Positions 20,753 to 31,067 are shown, numbered from the stretch's first letter. The stretch: 64,000 nucleotides of DNA from an uncultured Nitrospiraceae bacterium (GCA_963727775.1 CAVSHB010000002.1:416001-480000), one strand, 5' to 3'. A program made the numbers and translations. Notes: generated from the sequence alone by a model not told the origin.

Positions 20753-22114
20753 TTATTTATTGTCCTGGCTGCCGTTGAGTTTCTCGATAAAATTTGTATT
20801 AAAATTGCCGCTCAGAAAATCGGGATTGTTAAGGACTTTTTTATGGAAGGGGATAGTTGTGTTTACTCCCTCGATTATGAACTCATCGAGCGCGCGCCGC
20901 ATCTTCATAATCGCCTCAGACCTGTCTTTGCCGTATGTGATCAGTTTGGCTATGAGGGAATCATAGTGTGATGGTATGACATATCCGTTATAGATTGCCG
21001 TGTCTATTCTCACACCCGGACCTCCCGGGAGCGACAGGAATGTAATCTTCCCTGGAGACGGGATAAACCTTTCAGGGTCTTCTGCGTTAATCCTGCATTC
21101 TATGGCATGCCCTGATAATCTTATCTGGTTCTGTTTATATTCCAACGGCAGTCCCGCCGCGAGTTTTATCTGCTCTCTAACAATATCGATGCCGGTGACC
21201 GCTTCCGTCACGGGATGCTCTACCTGTATACGGGTATTGATCTCTATAAAATAAATATTCCCTTTCGGGTCGACGATAAACTCAACAGTGCCCACATTCC
21301 TGTACTTGATAGCACGAGCCGCCTTCACCCCCAACTCCCCGATTCTCTTTCTAAACTTCTCGGTTGATGAAATAGGTGAAGGAGATTCTTCTATAAGTTT
21401 TTGATGGCGCCTCTGTATTGAACAGTCTCTTTCTCCGAGATGGACGATGTTCTCCTTATTGTCTGCCATTACCTGTACTTCTATATGCCTCATTTCAGGG
21501 ATATATTCCTCTATATATATCTCGCTGTTGCCGAATGCTGTTAGTGCCTCTCTCTGCGCCATGAAAAAAGCCTGCTCAAGGTCTTTTTCATCTTTAACGA
21601 TCTTCATGCCGTGTCCCCCTCCTCCGGCAGAAGCCTTAAGGACTATGGGAAGCCCTATCTTTTTTGAAACCTTAATTGCGACTTCTTCATTGGCAACCGG
21701 GCCGTCGCTTCCTGAAACAACAGGCACCCCTTTCCTTCTCATTATCTGACGCGCCTTGGCCTTATCGCCGCCAAGCCTTATGTTATCAGATGTGGGGCCG
21801 ATAAATGTCATACCCGAGGTAAGACATGCCTCGGCAAAATGGTAGTTTTCAGATAAGAACCCATAACCGGGGTGTATGGCATCCGAATCCGTTATCTCGG
21901 CGGCGCTCAATATCGCCGGAATATTCAGATAACTCTGAGTTGCGTTCGCAGGTCCGATGCAGACGGATTCGTCCGCGAGTCTGACATGGAGGGATTCTTT
22001 ATCTATGTCCGAATATACCGCTACAGTTTTAATGCCGAGCTCTTTGCATGCGCGTATGACCCTTAATGCTATCTCGCCACGGTTTGCTATTAAAATCTTA
22101 TTGAATAATTTCAT
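20753..22114 (-). CDS. accC: Acetyl-CoA carboxylase, biotin carboxylase
   Basis: ANRGEIA, HPGYGFLSEN, ERDCSIQRRHQK, NTRIQVEHPVTE. Confidence 0.96.
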   Translation of the reverse strand: MKLFNKILIANRGEIALRVIRACKELGIKTVAVYSDIDKESLHVRLADESVCIGPANATQSYLNIPAILSAAEITDSDAIHPGYGFLSENYHFAEACLTSGMTFIGPTSDNIRLGGDKAKARQIMRRKGVPVVSGSDGPVANEEVAIKVSKKIGLPIVLKASAGGGGHGMKIVKDEKDLEQAFFMAQREALTAFGNSEIYIEEYIPEMRHIEVQVMADNKENIVHLGERDCSIQRRHQKLIEESPSPISSTEKFRKRIGELGVKAARAIKYRNVGTVEFIVDPKGNIYFIEINTRIQVEHPVTEAVTGIDIVREQIKLAAGLPLEYKQNQIRLSGHAIECRINAEDPERFIPSPGKITFLSLPGGPGVRIDTAIYNGYVIPSHYDSLIAKLITYGKDRSEAIMKMRRALDEFIIEGVNTTIPFHKKVLNNPDFLSGNFNTNFIEKLNGSQDNK

Positions 22115-22195
22115 TTCAATTCAACAGTCGCTCAGTGCGGAGGGTAAGTTGTGTGGAGGTTTTTTGTTTCATGATCTGTAGGCTGTTCACTCTGC

Positions 22196-22630
22196 TCATA
22201 CCGGCTCTATGAGAAATAACGGCTCACCGTACTCAACAGGCTGTCCGTTTTCGACCAATATTTTTACGATGATACCGTCGGAATCACTTTCGATTTCATT
22301 CATCAGCTTCATTGCTTCTACAATACAGAGTACCTGGCCTTTGTTCACCTTCGACCCTAATTCTACGAAAGGAGACGCTTCAGGCGTAGGCGACCTGAAG
22401 AACGTGCCGACAATCGGCGAGGTTATTGTTGCAACCCTCCGGGTCTCTTCCTCAGTCTCGGCCGTTATTTTCTCTTGCAGGCCCGCGTGCTTATGTAAGG
22501 GCATCTCTAAAGAGGTCAATATCTTCTCCCTTTTGATCTTGACCTTCGTCCCGTCTTTTTCTACCTGCAACTCGGTTATATCTGTCTCCTTGAGAAGTGA
22601 AATAAGCTCTTTTAAATCCTCAAGTTCCAT
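22196..22630 (-). CDS. accB: Biotin carboxyl carrier protein
   Basis: [17 protein letters not shown]. Confidence 0.95.
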   Translation of the reverse strand: MELEDLKELISLLKETDITELQVEKDGTKVKIKREKILTSLEMPLHKHAGLQEKITAETEEETRRVATITSPIVGTFFRSPTPEASPFVELGSKVNKGQVLCIVEAMKLMNEIESDSDGIIVKILVENGQPVEYGEPLFLIEPV

Positions 22631-23193
22631 TATTTTACCCTTTCCATATATACCGACGTCCTTGTGTCGATTCTGATGATATCTCCTTCATTTATGTGAA
22701 AGGGCACTCTTACTACTGCCCCTGTTTCCAGTGTGGCAGGTTTCCCGCCTCCGGATGCCGTATCTCCCTTGAACCCGGCGGGGTCTGTCTTCGTAACAGC
22801 GAGTTCTACAAAGATAGGCACCTCTATGCTTATCGGGGCGTCCTTGTGATACAGTATCTTGACCGTCATATTTTCCTTAAGGAAAGTTTTTGTATCACCC
22901 AGCTGGGAAAGAGAAAGCGGTACCTGTTCGTATGTCTCCAGGTCCATAAAGTAATAGTGATCATCCTGTGAATAAAGATACTGCATGCTTTTTTCTTCGA
23001 GTCCGGGCCTGTCCAGTTTTTCTCCGGACCTGAATGTCTCCTCAAGAACAGCGCCTGTTTTAAGGTTCTTCAGTTTGGTCCTGACAACAGCTCCACCCCT
23101 TCCCATCTTGACATGCTGAAAGTCGACTATTTCACAGGGCTCACCTTTAAATTCCACCTTGAGTCCTTTTTTAAAATCACTTGTTGAAATCAA
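22630..23193 (-). CDS. efp: Elongation factor P
   Basis: [34 protein letters not shown] start after SD AGGAGG. Confidence 0.95.
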   Translation of the reverse strand: MISTSDFKKGLKVEFKGEPCEIVDFQHVKMGRGGAVVRTKLKNLKTGAVLEETFRSGEKLDRPGLEEKSMQYLYSQDDHYYFMDLETYEQVPLSLSQLGDTKTFLKENMTVKILYHKDAPISIEVPIFVELAVTKTDPAGFKGDTASGGGKPATLETGAVVRVPFHINEGDIIRIDTRTSVYMERVK

Positions 23194-23352
23194 GTCAAAT
23201 CCCTCCTATTGAAAGTGTAAATATTTTAGCATTTTCTGCGAATTTTTCCATCAACCCAAAGAATAATGCCCTTTTTAAGCGTATTTTTTCTTGACATTCA
23301 TTTCGTTGGATATGTACGCTACGTGACAATATTGTTGAAAGGGGGAAGGACA

Positions 23353-24678
23353 ATGAAAAACCGGTTTCAGGGTAATCGGCAGGGTATCTTATTTATTGTG
23401 GTGTGCATTTTTTTCGCATCGTCAGCCCCGGCATTCGGCGCTGGGTTTGGGCTTATCGAGCAGAGTGTGAGCGGGTTGGGCAACGCGTTTGCAGGAGGCG
23501 CTGCAAGCGCTGAAGACGCTTCCACCATATTCTTTAATCCGGCCGGGTTGACACACCTGCAAGACCAGCAGTTAATACTCGGCGCGCACATCATTGACCC
23601 TTCAGTAAAATTTCATAATGAGAATTCCATTCATGTGACGGGAGCTCCGCTGTCGGGCGGCAACGGCGGCGACGGCGGTATTACAAAAGTAGTCCCTAAT
23701 TTTTATTACAGCAGGAAAATCAGTGATCGTTTTTCCGTCGGACTCGGCGTAAATTCACCGTTCGGACTTGCTACTCAGTATGATAGGACCTGGGTCGGTC
23801 GTTACCACGCTGTGGATTCGGATTTGATCACTATCAACATTACCCCAACTATAGCGTATAAAATAACGGACCAATTAAGTTTCGGCGCCGGCCTCGATAT
23901 ACAATATATGAAGGCAAATCTTTCTAGCGCCGTTGATTTCGGCACCATCGGCTTTAGCCATCATATCCCCGGTCTTTTCCCACAGCTCAATGACGGGTTG
24001 GTCAGTCTCGAAGGGGACAGTTGGGGAATCGGGTTTAACCTGGGACTCCTTTATGAATTCGACAAGAACACGCGTGTCGGTATTGCATATCGCTCAAACA
24101 TCGAGCAGGACCTGGGGGGGACAGCCCATTTCCAGAATGTCCCTGCGGCCCTGCAATCTTCTTTCCGCGATGACAAAATAAAAGCGGATATTACGCTGCC
24201 TGACAGCATTTCAGTCAGTTTCTTTCATCAGTTTACCCCGCAATGGATGGTCATGACGGATGTCACCTGGACGGACTGGAACCACTTTAAGGATTTAGTG
24301 GTTACTTTCAACAACCAGCCTGCTTCCATAACGACTGAAGACTGGCAGGACGGTTTTCGCTATTCGCTCGGCGCGACTTATTTGCCCGATAAGAATTGGA
24401 CTTTGAGGGTCGGCACTGCTTATGACAGATCAGCGGTCCCCGATAAGGCACACCGTACCCCTAGGATTCCCGACAGTGACCGCGTATGGACGGCAGCCGG
24501 CATAGGATATAAGCTTTCAAACATGTTTAGCGTCGATGTCGGCTATGCGCATATTTTTGTGAACAACCCCGAGATAGACAAGAACCCTACAGGGGAAGAT
24601 CAACTGAGAGGAGGCTTAAAAGGGTCATTTGACGCCCATATCGATATTGTGAGTGCTTCGGTCACCATGAAATTTTAG
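23353..24678 (+). CDS. fadL: Long-chain fatty acid outer-membrane transporter (FadL/OmpP1)
   Basis: EQSVSGLGNAFAG, AEDASTIFFNPAG, PFGLAT, RIPDSDR, C-terminal F. Confidence 0.9.
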   Translation: MKNRFQGNRQGILFIVVCIFFASSAPAFGAGFGLIEQSVSGLGNAFAGGAASAEDASTIFFNPAGLTHLQDQQLILGAHIIDPSVKFHNENSIHVTGAPLSGGNGGDGGITKVVPNFYYSRKISDRFSVGLGVNSPFGLATQYDRTWVGRYHAVDSDLITINITPTIAYKITDQLSFGAGLDIQYMKANLSSAVDFGTIGFSHHIPGLFPQLNDGLVSLEGDSWGIGFNLGLLYEFDKNTRVGIAYRSNIEQDLGGTAHFQNVPAALQSSFRDDKIKADITLPDSISVSFFHQFTPQWMVMTDVTWTDWNHFKDLVVTFNNQPASITTEDWQDGFRYSLGATYLPDKNWTLRVGTAYDRSAVPDKAHRTPRIPDSDRVWTAAGIGYKLSNMFSVDVGYAHIFVNNPEIDKNPTGEDQLRGGLKGSFDAHIDIVSASVTMKF

Positions 24679-24679
24679 G

Positions 24680-26206
24680 ATGCTCCTCCATCAGCATTTT
24701 GTCGGAATCGCAAAGAGGTACGGCAATAAACTTGCCTTTATTGACCGTACCTCAGATAAGAGGATCACTTATTCCAAGTCGTTAATCGCTTCCATTATCC
24801 TTGCGGAGAAGGTAAAAAAGCATAATGAAGGTTTTGTCGGGATTATGATCCCGACCTCTGCAGGGTGCGCCCTGTCGATCCTCGGCACCCTGATGAGCGG
24901 GAAAACGCCGGTCATGATCAATTACTCAACCGGCGCTGCGAACAATGCCTTATATGCCCAGCAGAAATGTAATTTCAAGACGATTATTACGTCAAAGGCA
25001 TTGCTCGATAAGATCAGTTGCCCTGTTATCGACGGTATGGTTTTCATCGAAGATATCATGGATAGTATATCCGTCAGGGAAAAACTCCGGGCGGTTTTGA
25101 TCGCAAAATTACCGGTACCCCTGATCCTTAAAATTCTTCACGGTGGGCAAAAAGATGACAACCTGGTCATCCTGTTTACGAGCGGCAGTGAAAAAGACCC
25201 CAAGGCTGTGCAGTTGACCCATCGCAATATCGCGTCGAATATCAGAAGTTTCACGCGGATAATGAAAATGTATGAAACCGATGTGTTGCTTGCAAACCTG
25301 CCGTATTTTCATGTCTTCGGACTCACAGTTAATCTCTGGACGCCTTTATATTTCGGAATGACGATAGTCTCTTATGCAAATCCCCTTGACTACAGGATGA
25401 TCTGCACTATTTTACGCGAGGAGAAACCGACTGTGATGGTCGGCACCCCGAGTTTTCTATCAGGCTATCTTCGTAAAGCAGAGCCTGATGATTTCAAGAG
25501 CTTGCGGCTTATCGCGAGCGGAGCGGATAAATGTCCTGAGGGACTGCGAAAGGAATTTCTCGAAAAACACGGCATTACACTCTTTGAAGGATACGGAGCT
25601 ACTGAAACGTCTCCTGTTATCTCTACGAACACGCCTGAATACAACAGGCCGGGAAGTGTAGGGAAAGTGCTCCCGGATGTCATGGTCCGCATTGAGAATT
25701 ATGAGACCGGCAAGGAATGCAAATGTGGAGAGACCGGCAGGATCCTGGTGAAAGGCGATCTGGTTATGAAGGGATACCTGAACGATTTTGAGGAAACCTC
25801 AATGCGCATAAGACATGGCTGGTATGACACCGGAGATATGGGCTATCTGGACAAGGAAGGGTTTCTGTGGCATGCCGGAAGGCTGAAAAGGTTCGTGAAA
25901 ATCGGCGGCGAGATGGTATCTTTAGTTAAGGTTGAAGATGTGCTGCAGAAAGTCCTTCCGGAAGATGTCTTCTGTTCGGTGGTCGAAATCCCCGATGCGT
26001 TAAAAGGCGTGAAAATAGTTGCCGCTGTTACCGAAAAGGTCGATGAGAGAAAAGTCCTGAAAGCGATGTCGGAACAACTCCCCAATATTGCCCTGCCTAA
26101 ACTCTTCGTTGTCATAGCGGAACTCCCGAAGATGGGAAGCGGCAAAGTGGATTTTCGTACCGTTACCGATATGGTCCAGGCGATTATGCGAACAAATATG
26201 ACCTGA
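24680..26206 (+). CDS. AMP-dependent acyl-ACP/CoA synthetase (Aas C-terminal-domain-like)
   Basis: LFTSGSEKDPK, EGYGATETSP, WYDTGD, GRLKRFVKIGGEMVSL. Confidence 0.88.
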   Translation: MLLHQHFVGIAKRYGNKLAFIDRTSDKRITYSKSLIASIILAEKVKKHNEGFVGIMIPTSAGCALSILGTLMSGKTPVMINYSTGAANNALYAQQKCNFKTIITSKALLDKISCPVIDGMVFIEDIMDSISVREKLRAVLIAKLPVPLILKILHGGQKDDNLVILFTSGSEKDPKAVQLTHRNIASNIRSFTRIMKMYETDVLLANLPYFHVFGLTVNLWTPLYFGMTIVSYANPLDYRMICTILREEKPTVMVGTPSFLSGYLRKAEPDDFKSLRLIASGADKCPEGLRKEFLEKHGITLFEGYGATETSPVISTNTPEYNRPGSVGKVLPDVMVRIENYETGKECKCGETGRILVKGDLVMKGYLNDFEETSMRIRHGWYDTGDMGYLDKEGFLWHAGRLKRFVKIGGEMVSLVKVEDVLQKVLPEDVFCSVVEIPDALKGVKIVAAVTEKVDERKVLKAMSEQLPNIALPKLFVVIAELPKMGSGKVDFRTVTDMVQAIMRTNMT

Positions 26207-26247
26207 GGTATTAATGGTCGACCGAGCAGGACACAGATATATAGGCA

Positions 26248-27345
26248 TCAAATAATTTCGAGCTTCTTGGGCAGCGAAGTTAGAACAACTGCCTTGTTTT
26301 CTACGATCACAATCATGTCCTCTATCCTTACCCCGCCCAATCCCGGGATATAGATGCCCGGCTCGATAGTGAAGACCATATTTTTTCTGACAAGCTCACT
26401 CCTGGTCCAGGATATACGGGGCGCTTCATGTACCTGAAGTCCGACACCATGACCGGTACCGTGTCCGAAGAATTTTTCGAAACCTGCCTTTCGGATAAGA
26501 TCCCTCGCAGCTTCATCTATCTTTTTTGTTTGTATTCCAGACGCAATATGCGAAATCGCCTTCCGGTTTGCTTCCAGGACCGTATTATAGACTTCCTTTT
26601 TCTTTCCTGTTTCAACTCCGCCTTTTAGGAGGAGAGTTCTTGTCATGTCGGAAAAGTAATCATCGGCCTCTCCGCCCCAGTCTATAATCACGAAATCCCC
26701 TTTGTTCAATTTTTTTTCGGTCGGTCTTGCATGGGGCATGGCTGAATTCGGGCCTGAAGCAATAATGATGTCAAAGGGGATATTCCTGCAGCCCCACTTT
26801 TTGAGCCGCTCTTCAAGACGGCGCGATATTGCCATTTCTTTTGCCCCTTCCTTAATGTACGGTTTCACATCTGTGAATGCCGCCTCGGCGCGTCTTATCG
26901 CTTTATTTATAGAATCGATCTCTGCCTTATCTTTTATCTCCCTCAATTTCTCGACGGTCCCTTGCAAAGGGATTAGACCAATGCCGATGCCGGATATCTT
27001 TTTGAAAAACTCATAGGATACTGAAGATTCGAACCCGAGTTTCCCGATGCTCATCTTTTTGGAAAGATCCTGAATTATCTTTATCCTGTTCCCGGTTTCG
27101 ATGATGATATCCCACCCCTCGACTTCCTTCCCTGATTGTTCTTTATATCTGAAATCTGTCACAAAGAATTGTCCCGTTGCTGTAATGATAAGAAAGCCCG
27201 AGGAGCCTGAAAAGCCGGTAAGATAGCGGATGTTGGTAATGTCCGTTACTAATAAGCCGTCAAGACCTTTGCTCCTGAGGGCCTGTCTTATAGCCTTGAG
27301 CCGTGAGGAATATATATTTATAGATGTTGCAACCATAACAGCCAA
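26248..27345 (-). CDS. Xaa-Pro aminopeptidase (M24B)
   Basis: NIRYLTGFSG, SDMTRT, HGTGHGVGL.VHE, TIEPGIY, GVRIED. Confidence 0.93.
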   Translation of the reverse strand: MAVMVATSINIYSSRLKAIRQALRSKGLDGLLVTDITNIRYLTGFSGSSGFLIITATGQFFVTDFRYKEQSGKEVEGWDIIIETGNRIKIIQDLSKKMSIGKLGFESSVSYEFFKKISGIGIGLIPLQGTVEKLREIKDKAEIDSINKAIRRAEAAFTDVKPYIKEGAKEMAISRRLEERLKKWGCRNIPFDIIIASGPNSAMPHARPTEKKLNKGDFVIIDWGGEADDYFSDMTRTLLLKGGVETGKKKEVYNTVLEANRKAISHIASGIQTKKIDEAARDLIRKAGFEKFFGHGTGHGVGLQVHEAPRISWTRSELVRKNMVFTIEPGIYIPGLGGVRIEDMIVIVENKAVVLTSLPKKLEII

Positions 27346-27459
27346 ATTACAATAACCGAATCGTGTTCAGGAATTCAATGATATGAGGAGCCCCTTGTCC
27401 TACCAGGTGTAAAAAAGATTAGTTTGAAGTTTTGAGTATGTCGTTATTATAATTTAGGT

Positions 27460-27651
27460 ATGGAAAAGATGAAATATATTTATTGGCAGGACGAAGGAAT
27501 GTGGCTGGGATATTTGGAAGACTATCCTGATTACATGACACAAGGGGAGTCAATTGAAGAACTGGAAGATAATTTGAGAGACATTTTCAAGGAACTTACA
27601 AGCGGAAATATTCCTTGTGTTCGTAAAGTAGCAGAACTCCAAGTCTCTTGA
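27460..27651 (+). CDS. hicB: HicB-family antitoxin (short form)
   Basis: YWQDEGMWLGYLEDYPDYMTQGESIEELEDNL. Confidence 0.8.
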   Translation: MEKMKYIYWQDEGMWLGYLEDYPDYMTQGESIEELEDNLRDIFKELTSGNIPCVRKVAELQVS

Positions 27652-27793
27652 AAAGAGAGGGGGTATCTTTATCAGGCATGGAGGGAAGCACGACTAGTAT
27701 CAAAATCCCAAATCTAAAACTGCGCAGCCAATACCAAGGCACAAAGAAATCAATGATAGTCTCGCCAAATATATAATTAGAAAATTAACATAA
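27648..27793 (+). pseudogene. hicA: HicA toxin pseudogene
   Basis: GIFIRHGGKHD*YQNPK...QPIPRHKEINDSLAKYIIRKL; TAG 27695-27697 where Trp is expected; N-terminus shortened/out of frame. Confidence 0.8.
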
Positions 27794-27831
27794 TACAAAT
27801 GGGGTAAATTCTTTCCAGGCTGTTGAAAAAC

Positions 27832-27923
27832 TTGGTAATGTCCGTTACCAGTAAGCCGTCAAGCCCTTTGCTCCTGATGGCCTGCCTTAACCGAATCGTG
27901 TTCAGTATTTCAATGATATGAGG
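27832..27923. repeat. Diverged partial duplicate of the Xaa-Pro peptidase 5' end and its upstream DNA
   Basis: Matches 27233-27290 joined to ~27353-27388. Confidence 0.85.
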
Positions 27924-28174
27924 GCATGCCGTGCATGCAAAATTTATTGAAGATATTATACGAATATTCGGAAATGGCAAAATCAACACGATAATCCGGA
28001 TACCTTTACAGCGAACACTCGTGGATATTTTATGTCTTCAAGATAAATGAGAAGCCGTTTTCGGATGAGGTTAAATAAATATTTCTTTCACCTCCTACAA
28101 TGTCGCAGAAGCAAGAGGAGATGACAAATAAAGAATTGCAGTTGAAACATGGGAACCTTAAATCCGCTGATTTG

Positions 28175-28241
28175 GTCTAACGTTTTCGATGAAAAGCAGT
28201 CTCAGGGATTTGCGTGGTAGCCTTTCCTGCCATTGTTACGC
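28175..28241 (-). other. Possible degenerate integron attC site
   Basis: Minus strand GCGTAAC-AATGG...GAAAAC-GTTAGAC, 67 bp, 11 bp after the HNH gene stop; inner pairing weak. Confidence 0.35.
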
Positions 28242-28252
28242 GATAGCCGATT

Positions 28253-29116
28253 TCATATGTTACTTTTCCCAATGTTGCATATTGAACATAATGTCTGGAG
28301 ATTCTCAGGCACAGTTTCTCCACCATTTGAATAAGCAACAACATGGTCGACGTGCAAAATCACTTTAGGGTCAGTAGCAGGTGATCTGCCACAACCCTTA
28401 CATTTGAAATTGTCACGCTTTATGACGATAAAACGCAGGCGAGACGAGATATTTCTTTTAGTTTTGTGCTTCTTAACTAAGTCTTGCGGAACAGCTGACG
28501 AATTAATTACTGCAATTTTTCTCGTCAAAGGCTGTGTGTATTCTTTGTTAATATATTCAATAAATCGTTCAAGCGCTTTTTGCCATGTGCCAAATCGTTG
28601 CTAATAGGCACTACCGACGTATTTTGACAATGGCTTCAGCATATCATTGTATTTCGGTTGTCGTCCAAGTTTTACCCAAACTTCCTCTAAGTTTTCAAAA
28701 TATTCTTCATCAGTAACTCCATAGTTTCTGGTCTTCTCCAATCCAGCTTTTTCTAATGCTTTAAGCCATGTGCCAAACCTCTGTGAAAAAACTGATTTAC
28801 TGTATTGGCCATGTTGTTCATACTCAGTAGTTGTTACACTATATTTTTTTAATTTTTGTGAGACTCGCTTTAGATCATTGATCAGTTCTACATCTGTTAA
28901 TCCTAAATTTCTCGTTTTTTCCAACCCTGCCAGTGATAAAATCTTGAACCATGATCCAATTTTATTCCTCAAGGTTGTGCAGTGATATTTCCCGTATTTG
29001 TTGTACTCTTCCTGAGTAACAGACGCCTTTCCCAATAGAGAAGCAACACGTTTCAAGTCCGCGATCATTTTTTCTTCTGAAACATTTCTGTGGAATTCTT
29101 CTAATTCAAATTTCAT
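28253..29116 (-). pseudogene. HNH endonuclease with N-terminal repeated domains, one internal TAG
   Basis: 28601-29116 and 28253-28528 share one frame; reading through TAG 28601-28603 gives SAY*QRFGTWQKALE, matching the earlier repeat SQRFGTWLKALE; C-terminal CKGCG..LHVDHVV..NLQTLCSICNIGK. Confidence 0.85.
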
Positions 29117-29254
29117 AATTTATACCGTAAGCTCAGTTTCGCACAAAGGGAAATTATTATCTATCCCATTTTAGATTACCTGTTGTACTACACAACATTA
29201 TATCAGGGTTCAGACGCAATGAATTCAGGAATAAAAATTAATAAGAACAGCATC

Positions 29255-29680
29255 TTATTCAGGTCTGAAGAGCGTTAAGAAAGACGTGGGGCCTACGATC
29301 TTAATTCCCTGATAATGTTTCAAGTCTGTAAGATGGCGATCTCCGGAAATAATATAGTCAGCTCCTCCTTCTGCTGCGCATTCCACATACTTGTCGTCTG
29401 TCGGATCATCTTTGACGATTTCTATCCTCATGACACCGGGTATGAATTCAGCAAAGGCTGTTAATTTGCCGAGATTTTCATCCACCTGCTCAGGACCGAA
29501 GCCGTGGAGCTTCCTGATGTGAGGATAAAGTAAGACCTTTCTCACCTCTTCCAAAATAGCAGGAGAAATCAGCAGTCTCAGTTTGTCGTCTCGTATCAAA
29601 TTGAGAATTCTGGCCGGGTTGCCCTTCGCTGTTATAATACCGCTGACAAACAGATTGGCGTCGAGTACGACTTTAAGCAT
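29255..29680 (-). CDS. PIN-domain toxin
   Basis: VVLDANLFVSG, DDPTDDKYVECA, IISGDRHL. Confidence 0.88.
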   Translation of the reverse strand: MLKVVLDANLFVSGIITAKGNPARILNLIRDDKLRLLISPAILEEVRKVLLYPHIRKLHGFGPEQVDENLGKLTAFAEFIPGVMRIEIVKDDPTDDKYVECAAEGGADYIISGDRHLTDLKHYQGIKIVGPTSFLTLFRPE

Positions 29681-29963
29681 GCCGGCGGGTTGCCCCGGAT
29701 TTTTTTACCGCAACCGCTGTCTCACTTACCGCCTTTTCGATATCCTTTAGTTTTATATGCTTTGTTTTTACCCTGACCTCCTCTACCCAGTTAAAGAATT
29801 CCTTCTTTTCTTCCTGTATCTGCTTGTATTTTTCTATGGGTATGACGGCCACCAGCGGCTTGCCGGCTCGTTCGATAATATAGTCTTCCCCTTTCAGGGA
29901 GACCTCGTTCATTATCTGACCTAAATTCTGTCTTGCCTTTATAGCCGATATTTTTTTAATCAT
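29673..29963 (-). CDS. Phd/YefM-family antitoxin
   Basis: ISAIKARQNLGQIMNEV, IIERAGKPLVAVIP; overlaps the toxin start. Confidence 0.88.
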   Translation of the reverse strand: MIKKISAIKARQNLGQIMNEVSLKGEDYIIERAGKPLVAVIPIEKYKQIQEEKKEFFNWVEEVRVKTKHIKLKDIEKAVSETAVAVKKSGATRRHA

Positions 29964-29980
29964 GGGAGCACTCCTTTATC

Positions 29981-30003
29981 ATAATGGTTGATATAACCAT
30001 TAT
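29981..30003. promoter_or_regulatory. Candidate TA autoregulatory operator
   Basis: ATAATGGTT-gatat-AACCATTAT palindrome just upstream of the antitoxin. Confidence 0.5.
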
Positions 30004-30074
30004 AACTGATATGGTAAAAACTATAAAGTCAAATGTGAGTCTTCCCCATGTTATTTACAAACGGCGAGATATAG

Positions 30075-30195
30075 GCGAGGATAGAGTATTGGAGCGGATT
30101 CTTTTGCCGATACTCAAATGCATTATGATAATAATGAGGCAAAATCCCTCGGAGGTCGGAACGACCGAGAATGAGCTCCGATACTCTATCCTCGC
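30075..30195 (+). repeat. Structured dispersed repeat family 1, copy C
   Basis: 21-bp IR with 1 mismatch (30075-30095/30175-30195); core GAGCGGATT-[TTTTGCC..GGCAAAA]-CCTCGGAG-GTCG-gaa-CGAC-CGAGAATGAGC. Confidence 0.88.
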
Positions 30196-30261
30196 TTTAC
30201 CCGATATGGATTGTTAATAATCGGACTTAAAGTGAATTGCTTTCGTGCAGACTGAGATGGT

Positions 30262-30690
30262 TTACTTCGATAAAATACTCTTTGCAGCTCTCAGGGCGAG
30301 GAGGTAACTTTCAGGGCCGAAGCCGCTTATCTGACCGGCGGCGACTTCCGCAATAAAAGATTGTTTCCGGAATTCTTCCCGCTTATGGATGTTCGACAAA
30401 TGTACTTCTATGGCGGGTTTATCAACGCCGGCGATTGCATCTCTTATTGCCACGCTTGTATGGGTATAAGCGGCCGGATTTATAATGAGGGCATCATAAT
30501 CGCCCTTTTGGATGATATCCAGGATGTCTCCTTCGCTGTTGCGCTGTGCGATGTTTACTTTGATCCCGAGTTCGGAGGCAAGGGTGCGAATACTATTGTC
30601 GATATCACCCAGCGATTTTTTGCCGTAAATGCCCGTTTCTCTTTCCCCGAGGAGGTTTAAATTAGGGCCGTGGATGACTAATACTTTCAT
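30262..30690 (-). CDS. aroQ: Type II 3-dehydroquinate dehydratase
   Basis: [35 protein letters not shown]. Confidence 0.96.
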   Translation of the reverse strand: MKVLVIHGPNLNLLGERETGIYGKKSLGDIDNSIRTLASELGIKVNIAQRNSEGDILDIIQKGDYDALIINPAAYTHTSVAIRDAIAGVDKPAIEVHLSNIHKREEFRKQSFIAEVAAGQISGFGPESYLLALRAAKSILSK

Positions 30691-30710
30691 TAGTTTTACT
30701 CCGGGTTTGT

Positions 30711-31067
30711 TCAGAATTCCCCTTCTAATTTAGGGATCGCGGTCCTGAGGATAAAGCGCCCTTTACCATAATTGCCTTCAGGTTTTATTATGAGTGCGAG
30801 ATAATAGTCGGAATTAATTTTCCGCATGATAATCCCGCACCGGTCTGAGATTATAGAGAATTCCTTGGCTTCGCCGAGGCCGAGGTTTTCGGCGGCAAGG
30901 CTTATGTCCTTAATCATCGCAGATGCCTCCGCGCTGAGGTCTGTCAGATCGACAAGCTTTTCTTTGGCATACTCCTGAACGGATATGCCGTCTGTGCCGA
31001 TTATCATGGCGGAAACAGCACCGTCAACCCTGTCTACGGTGTCTTTAAGAACTTCCGAAAAACTCAT
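30711..31067 (-). CDS. mglC: Roadblock/LC7 protein, MglC-like
   Basis: [30 protein letters not shown] resembles the myxobacterial MglC N-terminus; GNYGKGRF; near efp-accBC. Confidence 0.65.
   Translation of the reverse strand: MSFSEVLKDTVDRVDGAVSAMIIGTDGISVQEYAKEKLVDLTDLSAEASAMIKDISLAAENLGLGEAKEFSIISDRCGIIMRKINSDYYLALIIKPEGNYGKGRFILRTAIPKLEGEF

Noticed and set aside
27777..27989. 70-aa ORF containing IRSKGLDGLLVTDIT
   Set aside because: By-product of the duplicated peptidase 5' fragment, not an independent gene
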